In this document: positions 61,701 to 64,000 of the stretch, in pieces
How the letters are laid out: each line of letters begins with the position of its first letter
Position numbering within the stretch: the first letter of the stretch is position 1
Assembly (NCBI GenBank): GCA_965223845.1
Contig: CBDCXR010000004.1
Location: forward strand, 736,001-800,000
DNA from: Planctomycetota bacterium
Lineage (GTDB): Bacteria; Planctomycetota; UBA8108; SXIK01
DNA: 64,000 bases
Direction of reading: 5' to 3'
The notes under the pieces: model-generated
The model's input: the letters and a program-made list of their open reading frames with translations, nothing else
What the model was told of the DNA's origin: nothing
Databases searched by the model: none
Program-made: the position numbers and the translations under genes

Positions 61701-61933
61701 CGGCGCAGAACCTCGACTTCATGAGCCTCGCCACCTACTTCCAGGAGAACCTCGACGGACGCTACCGCACCCTCGGACGCCCGGATATCGGTGTCTTCGA
61801 CGAGGATGTCCGCCTCTTCCTCGAGTCCTCGCTCAGTCTGTTCAAGCGCGCCAAGCGTCTGCGGGAGCTCGAGGTCAAGTGGAGTCGAATCGGCGAAGCC
61901 CCGAGCGAGGAGACCACGGAGGGCGACGCGTGA
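58769..61933 (+). CDS. Atypical lipoprotein secretin with Pro-rich N-terminal linker and long C-terminal extension
   Basis: ATGA overlap with the CHAT stop; lipobox-like AATSC; IEVQVVE, PKILTLDG, VGFTLNIRP, IVLGGLI, KIPLLGDIPLLGYLF, VIFVVTPHV, then ~320 more residues. Confidence 0.85.
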   Translation: MKISRWTAPWIEFTSPRDRRLPTAVFSRALVACGIGIVLGAATSCRSTSEPEPDLTGAMLGAAERERAADLDAPSSPDEPRPPIVAIESDGIGGDGAGDQEAAEAFLRETKRDAASEEDAIRRELERMQSQLARAGTPDEVEHADAPGSDGAADSPPTPAADATLNLDDADRLLAKAGGIEGLPAGDAAEPKAPEPVPPEVPAPPSNDPPPTLRSGSAEGEAAPNGAASAPPPPPPAEGAAPPAESTGEEQPARPQGYMDIVQLHQKTADEVLRFFAESFPDWIEKRYVEKVPGKARSVLVFGEKPDDPTTKQILEMIDKFDFLEVKPTEMVIRPRYIEPKAAMEAITMRGLAHVWLVTKETKTATWAVGKTSVSATHEHNVYAPKDLAATSEPPIEPRPKIPYVYELPEPPSFTVPKEYSGRSAGDRTLVDFTNMSSTEQRGAFVAVGTEEDIAAIEAFVAEIDQPARLIMIEVQVVELDANKFLDLGIDSVGFGQGHTLGSISLPLPGEPIVQPGLGDTVRRSADIFVPPITQEGFGLIFDDTSIDLSGRFLGNIHALVREGDATVKARPKILTLDGRTSVLHIGQEVPTFRSTGVTRDSTEGNLISEINEVAKEYVGFTLNIRPRVTGGSTEEVALQLEVIANQLGERQRVFEQDLLGIPTINRKHYIGETRVKNHRPIVLGGLIQETEVESVNKIPLLGDIPLLGYLFRRTQKSRARNEVIFVVTPHVLSQKGVDRAATPKESPIFDTFDSALFNDKHIIKGRDVLGIDPITGNPAEVEGRPFTEKDVVDLTLLNIIKQRELVKKLGILDDYLGDSTTELSWVQRTWPERTVKWWSERDQEVYFRAAAIVLENVKELNPDLDYDELVLPRREIVLPTTPFRISLSYDRVKSLQNLSKPILRGQRVELSESTLILLREAGGKSLRDFADFLAARERAAEDHAELIVELNRLYHSLYPASDALGALAYPDVFRELSAQNLDFMSLATYFQENLDGRYRTLGRPDIGVFDEDVRLFLESSLSLFKRAKRLRELEVKWSRIGEAPSEETTEGDA

Positions 61934-62754
61934 GGCGAGTTCGCGGCGGCATCTTGAGATTCTCCGAGGCCACCGCGCTTCTCGGCGCTCTCTTTCTCGC
62001 ATCGGGGCCCGCCGGCTGCAGCTCGACCGATGAGCCCGAGCCGAAAACGGTGAAGGAGATCCTCGAGGAGAACAGCACGCTTCTCGTCGATCTGGCGAGC
62101 TATCAGTCCGTGGTTCGCGACGAAGCGGCGCAGCGCGTCCGTCAGCTCGGTCGAGAGCAGGGAACCGCTCTCATCCTGCATCTCCTCACTGACCCGACCC
62201 TCGAAGACGACCGGGTCGAAATCGTGCTCGCGCGCATTCTCGCCGAGTGGCGCGATCCCCGCGCCGTGCCGTATCTCCTTCAGTTTCTCCCGCATCCGGA
62301 TCGCGGCGCGCAGCGAAATGCGGTCGAGGGCCTGGCGCTCTTTCCCTCCGATCCTCGAGTCATGGACGCGCTCGGCGAGCTCGTCATGAGCGAAGACCGC
62401 CGGGAGCGCGAGATCGCCGCAGCGACGCTCATTCGCCTTCGGACGCCTGCCGCACTCGACCTCTGCGCGCGGCGAGTGCGCCAGGAGCCGGATCCGAAGA
62501 CTCGGGCCAACCTTCTCATCGCGATCGTGAACAGCGATCACGCCCAGCGAAAGCGCGTTCTCGTCGAGTCGCTCGACGACCTCGACCAGGCGATCCGCGA
62601 GCTCGCGTGGGCGGGGCTCGAGCGCTATCCGGACCTCCCCGACGAGGTCGACTACTCGCCGAGCGGAACGCCGAAAGCGAACGATCCCGCCGTCCGTGCG
62701 AAGCGCGAATCGAATCTGAGAATCTTGCGTCTCTGGGCGCGATCGGGTCGCTGA
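61930..62754 (+). CDS. HEAT-repeat lipoprotein
   Basis: GTGA overlap with the secretin stop; lipobox PAGC; HEAT units DPRAVPYLLQFL, QRNAVEGL, REIAAATL, LDDLDQAIRELA. Confidence 0.8.
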   Translation: MRRVRGGILRFSEATALLGALFLASGPAGCSSTDEPEPKTVKEILEENSTLLVDLASYQSVVRDEAAQRVRQLGREQGTALILHLLTDPTLEDDRVEIVLARILAEWRDPRAVPYLLQFLPHPDRGAQRNAVEGLALFPSDPRVMDALGELVMSEDRREREIAAATLIRLRTPAALDLCARRVRQEPDPKTRANLLIAIVNSDHAQRKRVLVESLDDLDQAIRELAWAGLERYPDLPDEVDYSPSGTPKANDPAVRAKRESNLRILRLWARSGR

Positions 62755-62812
62755 GCGTCTGCGCAACGAACGGTGCGCGGCTTGGAGCGGATCCTCTCGC
62801 TCGGCCGCTTGC

Positions 62813-62983
62813 TCGCGAATCCTCGACGATGCCTCTAGACTCTAGTCTGGCAGCGCTTCTCCTTTCGATTGCGAATCGGCTGACACCCAGGACGAAGCGA
62901 GCACTCGACGACCAGCTGACGGCTGCTGCTACGAGCGCCGGCCAAGCGAGAGAGTCCTAGCGGTAGGCGTCGTTTGCACGCGA
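62813..62983 (+). ncRNA. Candidate 6S-like rod-shaped structured RNA
   Basis: Nested pairings 62825-34/62965-74, 62835-43/62951-60, 62853-57/62934-38 and 62876-82/62913-19 around a central bubble; G-U pairs favour the + strand. Confidence 0.4.
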
Positions 62984-63078
62984 TCTCTCCTCGCTAGCGT
63001 GGTTCCGCGACTCCGTGAGGCACCGCGAGACCGGCGGCCGAGCGACGAAACGGGTCCGTCGCTCCTTCGCCAGCGCGC

Positions 63079-63999
63079 CTACTCGCTCGGCAAGCGGCGG
63101 ATGACATGGAACCCGTGCTCGGTCTCGACGACGTTCGAGATTTCGCCGATCTTGAGCGCGAAGGCCGCCTTCTCGAAGGCGGGAAGAAGCTGACCGGGAG
63201 TGAAGAACCCGAGGTCGCCGCCCCGCAGGCCGAAGCCGTCTTCGGAGTAGCGCTTCGCGATCGCGCCGAAATCTGCCTCGGGAGCTCGCGCGAGCTCGAG
63301 AACCGTCTCGGCTCTCGCTCGCGCTTCTTCACGAGTGCGTTCGATGCCTTCCGATTCGGTCGCGCCCTTGAAGCGAACGAGAACGTGGGCGACGTGGAGG
63401 CGCCGAATTCGTTCGCGTCGGACGACATGCCAGCCGAGCGGCGACTCGACCGGTTCGTCCGCGAGTGCACCGACGTCGAGCGCGGCGATCGCGCGCTCGA
63501 GCGAAGGAAGGATCTCGCCGGGACCGAAGATGCCGAGTCCTCCGCCCGTCGCGCCGTCCGGTGCCTCGGAGTAGCGCCGGGCGAGAGCAGAGAATTCGGC
63601 GCCGGGTCGGCGGGCCTCCGCGAGCACGCGCCGAGCGATGGCGCGCGCCTCGTCGCGCGTACGCTCAAGTTGCTTCGGTGCGCGGTCGCGACCCCGGTAC
63701 TGAAGGAGGATGTGCCGGCCCGCCCACTCGCGAATGGGGATTCGGCGAAAGATGTGAACTCCGAGCGGCGAGTGCACCGGCTCCGAAATCGCCCCGATCT
63801 CGAGCCCGAAAATGGCGTCGGTGACGTTCTCGAACTCGGAGTTCAGCTCGTAGCGCGTGAAGATTCCCATGTAGCCGCCGTTCTTCTTGGCGGAGGGATC
63901 CTGGGAGTGAAGCTCGACCGCGCGCTCGAACGTCAATCGACCGCGCCGGATCTCATCGCGGAGATCCGACGCCCGCCGCAGCGCTTGTTCCTTCGTGAG
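63079..63999 (-). CDS. Multi-domain PpiC/parvulin peptidyl-prolyl isomerase (5'-truncated by the window)
   Basis: Three parvulin units: GGYMG..SPLGVHI, HIL..GGGLG..SPLGWHV, HVLV..GGDLGFF..FEKAAFAL..TEHGFHVI; frame open to the window end. Confidence 0.92.
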   Translation of the reverse strand, partial: LTKEQALRRASDLRDEIRRGRLTFERAVELHSQDPSAKKNGGYMGIFTRYELNSEFENVTDAIFGLEIGAISEPVHSPLGVHIFRRIPIREWAGRHILLQYRGRDRAPKQLERTRDEARAIARRVLAEARRPGAEFSALARRYSEAPDGATGGGLGIFGPGEILPSLERAIAALDVGALADEPVESPLGWHVVRRERIRRLHVAHVLVRFKGATESEGIERTREEARARAETVLELARAPEADFGAIAKRYSEDGFGLRGGDLGFFTPGQLLPAFEKAAFALKIGEISNVVETEHGFHVIRRLPSE

Positions 64000-64000
64000 G

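Noticed and set aside
62888-62903. CAGG...AGCA as the SRP RNA domain IV
   Set aside because: 8 nt between the motifs rather than a 3-bp stem plus GNRA tetraloop
1-64000. Mobile elements, prophage, rRNA or tRNA
   Set aside because: No integrase, transposase or phage motifs, terminal repeats or cloverleaf structures were recognised

Overview
High-GC bacterial chromosomal window, most likely Planctomycetota (inferred from a planctomycete-style dockerin-like FLRG..CEDAAD..PPPAPP..CG.DPT domain and a giant PQQ-propeller/TPR protein). Left half is mostly housekeeping: asd-truA, hpf-ptsN-yvcK-ptsH-ptsI, a pilMNO-(TPR/PilP-like)-secretin operon, RNase E/G with a very long disordered N-terminus, rplU-rpmA-obgE, pilT/U, coaX, a divergent mnmE and pyrR-pyrB-pyrC (probably the inactive PyrC' type). 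Right half is accessory and envelope-related: a Ser/Arg-repeat, His/Tyr-rich exported protein, a sigma54 activator, an MCE (mlaEFD) cluster with an aromatic-repeat lipoprotein and a 1844-aa propeller/CBM9-like protein, a Nal1-like serine protease with a small partner, two 2OG oxygenases and a signalling cluster. The best candidate for a new system is a translationally coupled three-gene unit behind a near-consensus sigma54 promoter: TPR-CHAT (caspase-like) protease, an orphan lipoprotein secretin with a ~320-aa C-terminal extension, and a HEAT-repeat lipoprotein. A 6S-like rod-shaped RNA candidate follows it. I saw no tRNA, rRNA, CRISPR array or mobile element. All family calls come from motif recognition by eye, not database searches.
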